Positions 10,613-24,019 of a stretch of DNA of 64,000 nt are shown here, piece by piece. The notes beneath the pieces were generated by a model. That model was given only the letters and a program-made list of their open reading frames with translations. It ran no database searches and had not been told where the DNA came from. The DNA lies in contig NW_024704743.1 in assembly GCF_018977255.1 (NCBI RefSeq), forward strand, positions 71,612,001-71,676,000, given 5' to 3'. A program made the position numbers and the translations under genes. Origin of the DNA: Callorhinchus milii (Eukaryota). The stretch's first letter is position 1. Each line of letters opens with the position of its first letter.

Positions 10613-13600
10613 CCCTATTCTTTAACTGGACATGTAATAAACCTTAATTTCACCTACAAAATATACCGTCAATTCACTCTTACAGTATATTCTGTGAAGC
10701 GCTTTGAGACATGTCAATAACGTGATAAGGCACTGTAACAAATGCAGGGATCATTATTATTTATTGACCCATAAATTTGTGTGCACTCTTTTGGGAATTT
10801 CTCGTACTATTTAGAACTACTATGTGGGCAATTGACAAGCATCATAGGGAATTAGCGAAGCAAGACCTGAAGCGAAGTCTGAGAGCATTAATTCAGAATG
10901 GAACAGCCCAACAACAACTTGCATTTATATAGCATCCTTCATGCAGGGAAGCATCTCAATCACTTAGCACATGCTTACCGGTTAGTAAAATGCTGGCTCC
11001 AGGGTGGGGTGGATCACTTTGTGCTCCAGACTTGGGAAACTTCACCCCCTTGTGTGGCTGTGAGATGCTGTAGCCTTGCTTAACTCCCCAATTATCCTAA
11101 CAGAGGGTTCTGTCCATGGCCGACTGTGATTCACTATCGTTTCCTTTGATTGGCTGCGGCGCTGATTTATCTATAATGATAATCATAATCCTTGTATTTG
11201 ATATAGCGCCTTATCGCATCACCAAGACGTCTCAAAGCGCTTCACAGAATATACTATGAAGTGTAGTGATTGTATATTTTGTGGGCAAAATGCAGCGGCC
11301 AATTATGCACAGCAGTGTCCCACAAACAGTCGTGGATTGAGTGACCAAATTATTATTTTTTGTCAGACTATAATCCCTGGAAAAGCGATCTGCCAATCGA
11401 CTACTTACTGCTAGGTAAACAAAAGCATGTTGAGTAAGGAAATTTGCCTAAAGTTTCACCCTGCCCACGAATCGAAGCCGGGTCCTCTCGCTTGCGAGGC
11501 AAATGCTCTAACCAGTATGCTTCAGGCCTCCAAAAACTACAAGAAGGAAATGTTAGCAAGTGCCCCTCTCACACTACCTGATGCTACCCTCACTTCAGAC
11601 TTCCTAAAGTTATGGTCACTGCTGTTAACGCTCAAATTATCCATCACTGTTAAAGTTGCATCCAGGTCACAGTTCAGGTTCCAAGCTTCAACGAGTGTCT
11701 AGTCTCCTCTGTAGCCGAACCATTTTCACAGCAGATGTGGAGCCATCGGCCTCCTCTTTAACACACCAACAGGTCAGACAGACAGTGCTGGTGGCAGCTT
11801 CACCATAAAATAGCCCCCTTCCCTGTGATACTATCACTTCCTTAACCGGCAATAATGCCTTATAATAATATAATATATCATATAATAATAATAATAATCC
11901 TTGCATTTGATATAGCACTTTTCACGACTTCTCAACATCTCAAAGCGCTTCACAGAATAGACTGTAAAGTGAATTGGCCGTATATTTGTGGGAAAAACAC
12001 AGCAGACAATTGGGCACAGCAGTGTCCCACAAACAGTCGTGGATTGAAAATAACCAATTTTATTATTGTTTTGTTTTGGAGGGATTATTATTGCCTTCAA
12101 CAGGCCCCCTGAGTGGAGGAGCAGGAAGGTTGGTTGGGGGTTAGGAGGTCGTAGAGGTAGGGGGGAGCAACACCATGGAGGGCTTTGAAAGTGAGGACCA
12201 GGATCTTGAACTGTATCCTCTGTGTGATGGGAAGCCGGTGGAGTCGGGCAAAGATGGGGGTGATAGGGTCACAGAGCCTGGTGCGGGAGAGGACACTGGC
12301 TGTAGAGTTCTGGATGATCTGCAGCCTATGGAGGGAGGAGTTGGGGAGGCCGACAAGCACGGAGTTTGCATAGTCAAGCCTGGATGTTACATATGCGTGT
12401 ATGAGGGTTTCGGCGGCCTGCAGTGTGAGACAATGTTTGTGTACTGGAATTTTGACCCTTTAATGGTGATTTAAATATGAGAAATTGTCCCATTCTGCAC
12501 TTTTGCCATTCACCTGATGAGCAAAAAACTTTCACCAAATAATAAAAATAATCTGAAGAGGTAACTTTCATATGCACATTGAATGCGTGATGCAAGAAAA
12601 CTTTGCTAAAGGAAATAAAGATGACCTCTTGTAACAACTAATCTACTGGAAATAATTCTGTACATTTATCTAGGTAAAGATAATGCTGTTCAGGCAGAAC
12701 TATTGAATAATGTTGTACATTAGGGAACAATAAGGAATGAAAGATATGGACTATTCTATCAAGTAGAAAATGAACAAACACAGTAGCTGAACAAAGATGA
12801 GCCTGAATAGCACTATAGGGATAATAGGAAGTGATTCATGCCATTACTGAAATTGGTTTATCTATCACAACCATCTTTGCCTCACATGTGTTCTTTACTC
12901 CTGGTACTCTTCTCTGATTAGGAAATCTGTTAAGAAATCTGAGAATCGTCTTGTTAAGTTTAACTAGATTGTGATTCGGCTCAGAGTACAAATTGTAAAA
13001 TAACCTCTCTGGTTCAATGATTGAGTCCTACACTGCACTGTACTGAGCCGTGCAAGTTACAATAATAATCCTTACATCTGATTCTATGCCTGGTCTGTGC
13101 TGAATTAGAGGAGCTGAGGCTGGGAGAAACTGCTGCAATTGGCCACTGCCAAACATTCCCAGGATTTCAGCACTAGATAGTGATGAAATGCTGAACCTAC
13201 GATAAGGATAGGTGTTACATTTTGAGATGTGTTTCATTGAATGTACTATTTTTGAGAAATGCACTTTCTTGCACATCTTTTAGTAGTATTGTCCTTCATT
13301 TAACTTAACAACTAATACTGTACTTGTTTATATTCAACATATTTTGAGTGGTTTCATGTTTCTCTCCCTCAGTCTCTTTTGAAAGATAAAAGTATCACAA
13401 GCGATTATAGGCTTTTTCCAAGTGAACCAATATAAGTTTATTTACAGGATAGAGCTATGGAATGAAGACATACAGGATCCACACATACAGATCACAATAT
13501 TATTATTAAATATTCTATGTTAGAAAACTGATAAGAGTCTGAGATAATCCTTACAAACAAATGTCCAAAAGCTGATTTAAAATACAAGATTCACCCAGAT

Positions 13601-15264
13601 GTTTCTCCTATTATCTTTCCCAACAATCCTTCAGATAAAATGTCAATTTTTTTTGTGGGACAATGCTGTGGGAATATTGGCTGCCATGTTTGCTTACAAT
13701 ACACAGTCACTGCACTTTCCAGTAAAATCCATGAAGCACTTTGAGATGTTTTAACGACCTACGGATTGAAAGGCACTATTTCAAATGCAAGGATTATTAT
13801 TATTATTACTATTATTTGAAGGTAACTGTGATTATAGTGCAAGAATTTTAGGAATTATTTACATTTCCCCATAAGCCACTAATAGACTAAGGAATGTTAG
13901 AATTGGGCTCCCTTAAATTTAAAAAAAAGATTCTTTGTAATTGAACATAAATATACGTCAAAGTGCCATTGTATCTTAAAATGAAACTAGTCTCAAAATT
14001 TCGTTGTGTGTCAAATCCAATTTCTCATGTATTTGTCAACACCTGCTTGTTTTAAATGAATTTAATTTATCAATGAAGTGGCATATGTGTGCAGTATTGG
14101 TCTCCTTATTTAAGGAAGGATGTACTTGCCTTGGAGGGGGTGCAGCATAGATTTACTAGGTTAGTACCAGGGATGAAGGGGTTGAGTTATGAGGATAGGC
14201 TGACCAATTTGGGCCTATATTCTCTAGAATATAGAAGAATTAGAGGGGATCTTATAGAAAACTATAAGATCATCAAAGGCGTGATAGAGTAGATAGTGGG
14301 AGATTGTTTCCCCTGGTTGGAGAAACTGAAACCAGGGGTCACAACCTTAAAATCAGAGGCCAGCCCTTTCTCACTGAGTTAAGGAAGAACTTCTTCACTC
14401 AAAGGGTGGTGAATGTTTGGAACACACTAACCCAAAGGGCTGTTGACGCTCAGTCCTTGAACATATTCAAGACTGAGATAGATAGATTTCTTATTGCAAA
14501 AGGGATTAAGGGATATGGGGATAAGGCAGGGTCAGGTTATTAGCTGGAGTTAAATTAGAAGATCAGTCATGATTGAATGGTGGGGCAGACTCGAAGGGCC
14601 GAATGGCCTACTCCTGCTCCCACACGTTATGTTATATTTGTTTGCAGAAATGTACCAATGCATTACGATCTATGGGCTGATCACGTGTATACTGCCAAAT
14701 CAGCTACAGAGCAGGAGATCTCATTACAAAACCTTTGCAGTACAGCCTGAACAAAATCACTCAAATCTGATAGCTTCAATTATGGCAATAGTTTGAAGGA
14801 CAATAGAAATAGGGCCACAATACCACCCGCCCCCCCAACCCTCCCATCCCCCACCCCACACACACTCTCACACAATGTGACAAAATATAAATACTGGCCA
14901 TTAAAGTTAAATCAGGAATCCTGTTACATTTAAATTTTGAACTGCTTATTTCAAAGTCACAAACCCATTCCTCGAGCTAGGATGAATGTTTTTTTTCTGG
15001 TGGGGATAAATAATTTACCAAACAAGAGGAAGACACAGGATAAGGAACTTGATCGATAAACATGAAAAAGAAAGAATCCAGAATGAAATCCTATTTGTAT
15101 TGGAGGACTCGTACATAGATTATTGAAAGAAGGTTGCGAAGATATGAAATGCTCTGTGCCAGAAAGATGTAGATGTAGAAACGATGTTTAAATAAGCGAT
15201 AGACAGATATTTAGGTGGTTGAGGATTAAAGGGAAATGACGAAAGGGTGAGGTGTTTGGATTAA
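10613..15264. repeat. Right arm of 4,652-bp inverted duplication
   Basis: Begins ccctattctttaactgg (reverse complement of ccagttaaagaataggg) and ends ggtgtttggattaa (reverse complement of ttaatccaaacacc at 5596). Confidence 0.98.
14085..14630 (+). mobile_element. CR1 LINE 3' fragment
   Basis: ORFs 14089-14292 and 14304-14543 carry CR1 ORF2 C-terminal motifs. Confidence 0.9.
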
Positions 15265-15274
15265 ATCCTGGATT

Positions 15275-16763
15275 ATCCTGAAAAAATTATCCTTCCCTGG
15301 ATCCACTCCTTTCCAGCTACCGCCCCATCTCTAACCTCCCATTCCTCTCCAAGGTCCTAGAATGAGTCGTCGCGTCCCAGCTCCGCTCCTTTCTCTCTCG
15401 CCATTCCCTCTTTGAAACCCGCCAATCCGGCTTCCGCGCTGCCCACAGCACGGAAACAGCCCGGGTCAAAGTCACTAATGACCTTCTGAACATCTGTGAT
15501 CAGGGCTCCCTCTGCCTCCTTGTCCTCCTCGACCTCTCTGCCGCCTTTGACACTGTCGACCACTCCATTCTCATACACCGCCTCTCCGCTTTACTCAATC
15601 TTCACGGACCTGCCCTTGCCTGGTTCAATTCCTATTTCTCTCACCGTCTCCACTTCATTGCCTCTAACGGTTTCTCCTCCAGCCTCCGCACTGTCACATC
15701 TGGCGTCCCCCAGGGCTCTGTCCTTGGCCCTCTCCTCTTTAATATCTACATGCTCCCCCTTGGTGACATCATCCGCAGACAAGGGGTCAACTTCCATATG
15801 TATGCGGATGACACCCAACTCTATCTTTCTGCCTTCACCATCAACTCCAGGACCACTGCTGTCCTGACAGACTGCCTGTCGGACATCAAGTCCTGGATGA
15901 GGGCAAATTTCCTTCAGTTGAATGTGAACAAGACTGATGCCCTCCTGATTGGCTCGCGCCAGCGCCTCAGCACCTCAGGCTCTGGCAGCATCAACCTCCA
16001 GGGTTGCACACTACAACTCACCGCCAGTCAGGAACCTCGGTGTCTTGTTCGACCCGCAACTGTCTTTTCTCCCCCACATTCAGACCCACTCTGCCTTCCC
16101 TCACCTCCATAACATCACCTGACTCCGCCACTACCTCACCCCTCAGGCCGCTGAAACTCTTGTTCATGCCTTCATCACCTCCAGGCTCGACTATACAAAT
16201 GCCCTGCTTGTCGGCCTTCCCAACTCCTCCCTCCACAGACTGCAGATAATCCAGAACTCTGCAGCCTGTGTCCTCTCCCGCACAAACTCTGTGATCCCAT
16301 CTCCCCCACTCTCGCCCGACTCCATTGGCTCCCTATCCTTCAGAGGATCCAGTTCAAAATCCTGGTCCTCACATACAAAGCCCTCCATTGCCTCGCCCCA
16401 CCCTATCTCTGCAACCTCCTAACCCCCTATCAATTGGCCCGTTCCCTCCGCTCAGCCGGCTCTGGCCTGCTCCACGTCCCCCGACTCACCCGCCCCACCA
16501 TTGGCGGGAGAGCCTTCAGCCACTCTGCCCCCAACCTCTGGAGCTCCATCCCCCAATCACTCCACCTCGCCCCCTCCTTAGCCTGATTCAACTCCCGCCT
16601 CAAGACCGTCCTCTTCGACCATGCCATCGGCCACCCCCCTTCCCCTCCCCTCCCTTACCCCCACAATCCCAGCTCGGGTCTGAAATGCTGTACAGCGCCT
16701 TGGGACGTCCTCCCGATGTGAAAGCCCTTTACAAATGTAATCTTGCTGTTGTTGTTGTTGTTG
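15275..16763 (+). mobile_element. L2-clade LINE, 5'-truncated, RT domain to 3' tail, frameshifted
   Basis: [70 protein letters not shown]; (TTG)n tail. Confidence 0.95.
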
Positions 16764-16914
16764 TAAATGCCAGGATCTGATAAATTGGTGGAACAGGCTT
16801 AATGGGCTGGATAGCTTCCTCCTGTTCTTGGTTTCCCATGAAAACTTGCATTTATGTAAACCTCTTCAACTGGGATACTGTTTGGGATACTGTTCTCCCA
16901 GTGTGAAAAGCTTA

Positions 16915-17125
16915 ACAACAACAACAATATCTTGCATTTACATAGCATTCCTTAGGCAGGGTAGCATCTCAGAGCACTTGACAGTGGCGGGGCACGATGC
17001 TGAAACAGGGTGAGTGGGGGGAAGTGACAATAGGCACGGTCGAAGAAGAAGTTCTTCAGGCACGATCTGAAACTGGAAAAGGAGGGGGCAAAGCGGATAG
17101 AGTGTTCCAGAGTTTCGGGACATTT
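16915..17125 (-). mobile_element. L2 LINE 3' end, older subfamily
   Basis: (CAA)n tail then cttgcatttacatagc...gggtagcatctcagagc; reverse strand reads FRSCLKNFFFDRAY; same end type as 61176. Confidence 0.7.
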
Positions 17126-18219
17126 CACAAGAGCACACAAGATCAGAGGAGAGATTCAGATGAAAAGACCCCTCAGTCCATTTGATCTCATCCTTCCAGA
17201 ATACTCAAAGTGCTTTACAAGGACTAAGAAGGAGCCCGCTGATGGACAAGTACGGGGAGGTGGTTGAATGTAGAGTCAAAGAGGTAGGCCATACATGAAT
17301 GAGTTATCACAGTCTTTCACACAAGTGAAAGTATTCCTGTAACACATATTGCCAGGGGCATCATTTTACTTATTCTGCGGATTTGCTTTGAACACATTCA
17401 TGGTGCAGATTGCTAATGGGGAATGTTACTATATTACCAAATATCGTTTCAATTTGAATTCTTTCTTCCCACAGGCTATGTTTTTTCATAATTTATATTT
17501 TCTCGGCAATCTTTCGGCAATCTGTGTCAGCATCAAACAGTCCCAGCTGAGAGGTCGTGTCATTAGAATCTTGCCTGAATGTGAAAGTTACGTCAAACTT
17601 GCATGAATCAAACTTGCATATATGTAAAGTTAAGTACGAGTGTGATGTTATATGACTGATGTTATACACTGAACTGGCTGGTGACATTAGGACAAGGTTT
17701 CAAACTGGAAATTTTCTGACGCATCATTTTCTGGAACAACCATTTTCATGTACTTTTCAACCTGTCTTATTATCTGTAAATGTTGCAGCGTGCAAATTGA
17801 CTGCTGCAATTGCCTGCAAAAACACATAGTCACCACACTTTACAGTATATCACGTTAAGTGCTTTGGGATGTCCTCCTGACATGAAAGGCGTTACACTAA
17901 TTGTAAGGATTATTATTATTATTATTCACAACTCTCCCGAGGTTGCCCAAACTCATTTCATAGAGAAATCTTAAATGTGCTTGTGAAAGAGCTATTTACT
18001 TTCCTTATATTGTGAAATCATGATGTTTTTCATTATTGCCTGAGCTGTGCTCTAGGTGCTGTGGAATTTGTTCCATTAGCTGAGACATCAGGTGTGTTGG
18101 GTGAGGTACAATAATGTCATTTACATGGAATTCATGCATTCTTTAAAGTGCAAGTTGGAATTTGTCTCGCATTTTTGAAAATAGCTGGGTTTGTGCAAGC
18201 TATGAGTTGTTTGCAACAA

Positions 18220-18560
18220 AGATTTGCATTTATATAGTGCACTAGTATCTTTGAGTGCTTAACAGTGGTAGAACGAATGCTTATCCTGGAAGAGAGGGGA
18301 TGTGAACTTAGACACAGTTGAAGAGTCAGGTGTGATCTGAAGATGGGCAAGGAGGGGGCAAGGCAGAGGGATTGAAGCAGGGAGTCCCAGAGTTTCGGAG
18401 ATAGTGGATGAAAGCACGGCTGCCGATGGTGGAGCGGATTGCGTGAGGGATGTGCAGAAGGCCAGAGTCTTTTGACTGAAGGGGGCAGGTACAGGAGTGG
18501 GATGCGAACAATATAAACAGATAAAGACAATGAGGGTGAACCTCATTATCTGCCACTGAC
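18220..18560 (-). mobile_element. Old L2 3' fragment
   Basis: Reverse-strand residues SGLLHIPHAIRSTIGSRAF and PKLWDSLLQSLCLAPSLPIFRSHL. Confidence 0.7.
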
Positions 18561-19044
18561 CTCTGTATGAGTAGACTGAGCCACTCAGCTCACCACAGAC
18601 AATGCAGGCATCTCTCTGTGACAGCAATGTTTATGTGAAGAACCACAGCAAACCACCTCTTTAGGTGGCTCGCGGGATTGCTGCCTTGTTTACTTCCCAA
18701 AACTGCCACTAATGTCATGACTGCCATTGGCAATACTATAGGTATATGCAGCATTCAATACTACTGTCTGGTCTGGAATTAAGTCCAAGTCCCAGAGGTG
18801 AAAGGACAGTAGTTTACTTCACTGAATCATCCCGTTCCCCTCAGGCTATGAGTTTGATCTAATCTCTAACTGAAGAAATAACCTTTTAGTGATTGCCTAA
18901 ACTGCCAGAACAACATTTTGTGAGAACAGGTGGATTTTTTCTAATGTCTATAACAATCCTCTGCACCAGTCACAATTGTTATAGATTACAATCTCCCTCT
19001 ATGAGCTAGAAATGGCGCTTTTAGTTTAAAAATTCACCAAAACT

Positions 19045-19215
19045 TTAGCTGGTCACACCCTCGAGTCAGAAGGTTGTAGTTTCAAGCCCACATCGGGACT
19101 TGGAACTTGTCTAAGCAGACATTCCAATGCAGAGCTGGGGGAAGTGTTGCATTGTTGGAGGTGTTATACTTTGGATGAGACGTTAAACTCCTCTCTCTTT
19201 TCTGGTGAATATTAA
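19045..19215 (+). mobile_element. Deu-domain SINE, 5' part
   Basis: gagtcagaaggttgtagtttcaagccc...gcattgttggaggtg...tttggatgagacgttaaac. Confidence 0.7.
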
Positions 19216-19729
19216 AGAGTTTCTTTTTCTGACCCAGAAACAAGAGTGCTACCAACTGAGCAGACAAAAACCGAGTGATTGCATTTGTATTTGAGAAGGT
19301 AGGTACTGATTTTAAGTTTAGGACTCTCTGTAACACTGGGCTCCAAAACTTCATTGTTCAATAGGTGGTTCTGAGAGATGTTTAGTTACCAATTTTTTTT
19401 AAAATTGTCTTTGAAATCATCTTTAATAGCCAGGGAAATCATTGTAGATCGATCTAGAGGCAATCATTTGGTAATACTACACCAAGAACCTTGCCCTCCA
19501 ATACACTATAACAGTTGTCTACTCAGTGTTTGTCATTTGCAGTCTTTAAACCATATATTTCTTTCCCAGTCTAAGCAATTATCTACTAAACTGCTAGATA
19601 ATCATCCTTGCCTTTTCCTTGCATTTGATATTTGATATTTCCTTGCATTTGATGAAAGTAATGTCTGCAAAAAGAGTCAATTTTCTCAGGGGTTTCAAAA
19701 TAAACCTCAATGCAAGTTGATACTCAACC

Positions 19730-20878
19730 ACCATCTCCCAGATGAAGCCCACTGCTTACTGCCTCGACCCCCTCCCCACCCAGTCGCTGGTCACCCAACT
19801 CCCCTTCCTCTCCCTGCTGCTGGCCGACACAGTCAACCAGTCGCTCTCCTCAGGTTCTGTTCCTCTCCCCCTTAAAACCAGTTTCATCATTCCCCTCAAA
19901 ATACCCAGCCTTGACCCCTCAAACCTTACAAATTACCATCCCATTTCCAACCTGCTCTTCCTTGCCAAAGCTCTGCAATGCGTTGTCGCTAACCAGGTTT
20001 GCTATCACCTCTCCCTCTTTGAGCCCCTGCAGTCTGGTTTTCGCCCTGCTCACAGCACTTGTCAAGGTCACAAACGATGCCCTCTCTTTCTGTGACCAGT
20101 GCTCCCTCTGCCTCCTCAACTTCCTGGACCTCTCCGCCGCGTTTGACACAGTCAACCACATCATCCTCATCCACCGCCTATCCTCCCTCATCCACCTTAC
20201 TATCGCACTATCCTAGTTTAAGTCCTACCTAACAAACCGCCTTCACTTTGTCTATTCAAATGGTTTCTCTTTTGTATCCCTCGCCTGGTCACCTGTAGTG
20301 TATCCCAGGGCTCCATCCTTGACCCCCTCCTCTTCCTCATCTATATGTTCCCACTTGGCAATGATATTCGCAGACCCGAGGTAAACACAAATCTACTTCT
20401 CCTCCAGCTGCGACTCCAGGTTCACTGATGTTCTGTCAGCTTGACTGGCAGACATCAAGGCCTAGATGAGCGCAAACTTCTTACAACTAAATGTTGACAA
20501 GATGGAAGCCATACTTCTTGGCTTCCATCAATGTTTTCTCTCCTGCGGCTCTGACCTTCTTAAACTCCCCGCCCTATTCCTCAGATTCACGGAACTGGTG
20601 CGCAACCTAGGAGTCAGGTTTGACCCACAGCTTTCCTTCCTTCCCCTCATCTGGTCCACCTTTCTCCACCTGCGCCACATTGCCCTCCTCCAACCGTACC
20701 TTATCCCAGACGCAGACGAAACACTCGAACACTCAAACACTCGACCACCTCTCCTCCCTCATTCACCTTAGTGGGATCACACTATTCTAGTTCAAGTCCT
20801 ATCTAACAAACCGCCTTCACTTTGTCTACTCAAATGGTTTCTCCTTTGTATCCTCCACCTTGTCACCTATGGTATACA
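19730..20878 (+). mobile_element. Degenerate L2 RT fragment with internal duplication
   Basis: LDPLPT, NYHPISNLLFLAK, QSGFRPAHST, LDLSAAFDTVNH, NFLQLNVDK, VRNLGVRFDPQLSF; segment ~20170-20300 recurs at ~20742-20878. Confidence 0.85.
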
Positions 20879-22085
20879 TGGTGCCTTTTACGCAGAAGAA
20901 TACAAATGACTAATGTATTTAAGTGAATCTCATCATGAATTTTTAAAGGAATTGTTTTTTTCTCTTTGTGCGTGTGAACCCACTCAGGTATACGCTGAGC
21001 TACAAAATGATGTTGAACAAAAGCACAGTCAAAGGGATGTGTTGTTAGGAGATTTTTGAAGGAGAGAGATATGAAAGCAAAGTGAATTTTAGTGGCAGAT
21101 GTTATCTACTGTGCCTCAGCACAAGTCCTTTAGCAAAATCTTCTTAGCAAATTTTAATGAATGTTCCTCTTGTTTATCTTTTAGATGGATTGCCAAGTGC
21201 TTCAAAGTTTCTATTTTCTTTTTCCAATTGAATTTTTCGTATAACTATCAACTTAATTTCATCAGAAGAGTAGTGTAGGGACAGGATTTCATTATAGGTT
21301 AACAATATATATTAAATCTCTGTTTTACTAGGTTGACACAGCATTGTGATTGCCGCTGCAATATTTCCACAATACAGAAATGTTACCTTAACAAATGTGA
21401 AAAAATACTGTTCTGCTGGCTACATATCCTTTTATCTGTCTTACACACTGTAGAATATTGCAATTATTATTACTTCTGAATATATTATAAGATGTAATTT
21501 ACATTCTGCAGGAAAACGTATAGCAATTCCAATGCAATAATTTAGTCATTGATGTAAATTTTTCATGAGAGGTGTGATCATTTGTACCCCTGATAGTGTC
21601 GTTCAACGCTCTAATGGACACGTGAAAATGAAAATAATTACATAGCCAGCATTTGTGGGGATCCAGCACCTTTTGGCCTACATGGCTTAGACATATAATA
21701 CATTCAGCTGCTTGCTCAGTCTGAATGGATCTACAACTATCCAGGATAATAATTGCACTGATAGTCACTTATATGAAACCAAGGTTGTATTTTTAATTCA
21801 GCCGATTGAATAGTTATTTTTACTGTTAGTACACTTCCACAGCTTGCATTCTCCTCCTACTTCAATAAACTCTGAACACAGCAAACCAAGTAACCTTAAG
21901 GCCATGGTTCGTCATACAGACCACACAATGGATTGGTGTTTGCCTGTTGATATAGACGATGATTTCATTTTATGAGACCCTGAGACGCACAGGTTTTCAT
22001 TATATGAGAAAATGATTGTTTTGTAAAAGTGTTGCTTTGGACTGGTGTTTCATTGTTTGATTACTTTTCTCATAACAATCCTCAG

Positions 22086-22167
22086 GGTCGACTGCAGCAA
22101 ATCTATACAACAGTTGTGGATGGATTTAACCAACAGTGCCTTCTCTCAGAGCACTAGGCTGCTGAAG
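22086..22167 (+). other. Candidate internal exon (82 nt) of an unidentified transcript
   Basis: ttacttttctcataacaatcctcag| ... CTGAAG|gtaatg; one open frame VDCSKSIQQLWMDLTNSAFSQSTRLLK. Confidence 0.3.
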
Positions 22168-22627
22168 GTAATGTTTTTGTTCCTATACTATCCTGAATCA
22201 TGACTCTGTATGATTTATTTCTGGATTGAAACGTTAAGCAAATTCTTAACTTTCCTTTCACCTTAATTATTTATTTCTATATATTTAATATGTGGAAGGG
22301 ATGATGTTCACCCTGTTGGGTGAAATTGATACATGAATAGCAACAGCAGGAAAATTGGACTTCCAGTGATGCAGACTCATGTTCTATTTAATATAAAAGT
22401 TGCAAATTTCCATCTTCTGGTCCAAGATAACTATGTGGAAAACAGTGTACAGAATCTTAATTGATGCCAGTATGCATTTAAGCTTGGAAATATCTGGATT
22501 TTTCTTCTCCAGAATTATCAAACCCAGAAGTAACTAAGCATTGTCTGAGTGGGCATTGCCTGTTCATAGAGTGCTCCAGCTTTATCAGAATGTGTTGAAA
22601 AGGATATATTGTGAAGTGCAGTACAGT

Positions 22628-23013
22628 ATAATAATAACCCTTGAATTTGATATCATACCTATCAAGTCATCAAAATATCTCAAAGCACAAAATGTTTAGT
22701 GTTATGGTGAGTGACTGTATTTTGTATGGGAATCCAGCTACCAATTTGCACACAGCAATGTCCCACAATAGCCCTGTAATGAATGACCATTTTTTTCTGG
22801 AGAATTGTTGTCCAGAATACGAGAAGAAACTTCTTTCTTTAACATTCACCTGAACAGGCAGATGGGACTTGGTTTAAAGACTCATCTAAAGCATGGCACC
22901 ACCGATAATGCAGCACTCCCTCAACAACACACTGGAGTGCCAGCCTAGACTATGAGCTCAAGTCCCAATGTAGGGCTTCTGAATCAAAGGCTACCAACTG
23001 AGCAAGGCTGACA
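22628..23013 (-). mobile_element. Deu-domain SINE, near full length
   Basis: cacctgaacaggcagatggg, gcagcactccctca and ctaccaactgagc in reverse orientation, with the tail at the left. Confidence 0.75.
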
Positions 23014-23352
23014 TTGTAGGGATGATAAGAAGGCCAAAATAACAAGCAAAGAATTGTGTTAATGGACAACGGTCTACAGGCCCATAATGTCTTAGGTGAC
23101 CCTCACTGACAGGTATACGTTGCCAGGGATTGATCGTATGAATTAGTGATGGGAATATTGATGTCAAATTCTAAGGCAACCACACTGCAGCAGTACAATA
23201 AGCAAGTACAATAACCACTGCCAAAATAAGCAGAGATAAAAAAAATTCTTATGAATAAGCTTTCGGTATTCAAAGTATATTTTCTGAATATGTACACATA
23301 TATATCTCAGAGACTGTTTATCTGTACTAATAGGAATAATAAAAATTATAAA

Positions 23353-23815
23353 AATAATAATTGCATTTGGTATAGCACCTTTCAAGTCTGGGGGACATCT
23401 CCGAGAGCTGCACAGAATACCATTAAGTGGAGTGACTGTGCATTTGTAGCCAAATGCAGCAGCCCAATTGTGGACAGTGGAGTCAAACAGCCACAAAATA
23501 AATGACCAATTTTATCTGGGGTATTGTTGGGCAGAGCACCGGGAGAAACTCCCTCCTCTTTTCAAGTAGTGCAATAGGATCTTCAACGTTCACCTGAACA
23601 GGCAAACAGGAAAATACAGCATCCTTGACAATACAACAACAACTTGCAGTTATTAGTGCCCTTCATGCGAATAGCGTCCCGGAGCACTGTAACACCCCGC
23701 CAGCATTGCATTGAAGTGTCAGCCTAGACTATGTGAGTTCAAATCCTGAAATATTGCTTGAACCCACAACCTTCTGACTTGGAGGTGAGAATGCTACCAA
23801 CTGAGCCTGGCTGAG
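23353..23815 (-). mobile_element. Deu-domain SINE containing a short L2-tail insertion (~23632-23690)
   Basis: Head gcttgaacccacaaccttctgac...tgctaccaactgagcc, core aggatcttcaacgttcacctgaacaggc. Confidence 0.75.
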
Positions 23816-23958
23816 TCAGGTTATGAATGTCTTTCATTGAAAATTCAGCAAATCGTAATCCAATATAATTTAGTTTTATATAGCACACCTTTTACATTGG
23901 TGGGACTTAATGTAATAGTTTCATGTTCACTAACTTTCTAATTTTTTCACCATTCTAG

Positions 23959-24019
23959 GTATATAGGAAATATGCTGTCAGCTCTTCAGCAAAGCAATTC
24001 TTTAACCAATTGTTCGGAG
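23959..24019 (+). other. Candidate internal exon (61 nt)
   Basis: Branch-like cactaac, pyrimidine tract tttctaattttttcaccattctag|, donor GGAG|gtacgt. Confidence 0.35.

Noticed and set aside
10380..10625. Leu/Ser-rich ORF
   Set aside because: Translation of the (CT)n microsatellite.
5596..15264. Giant DNA transposon (piggyBac/foldback/Polinton) with long terminal inverted repeats, given the TTAA at both ends
   Set aside because: The TTAA symmetry follows automatically from the duplication, the left end is set by a gap, the arms contain ordinary decayed LINE/SINE sequence, and there is no transposase.
17475..17606. Exon after the strong acceptor ttctttcttcccacag
   Set aside because: No convincing donor, and no frame compatible with the downstream candidate exons.
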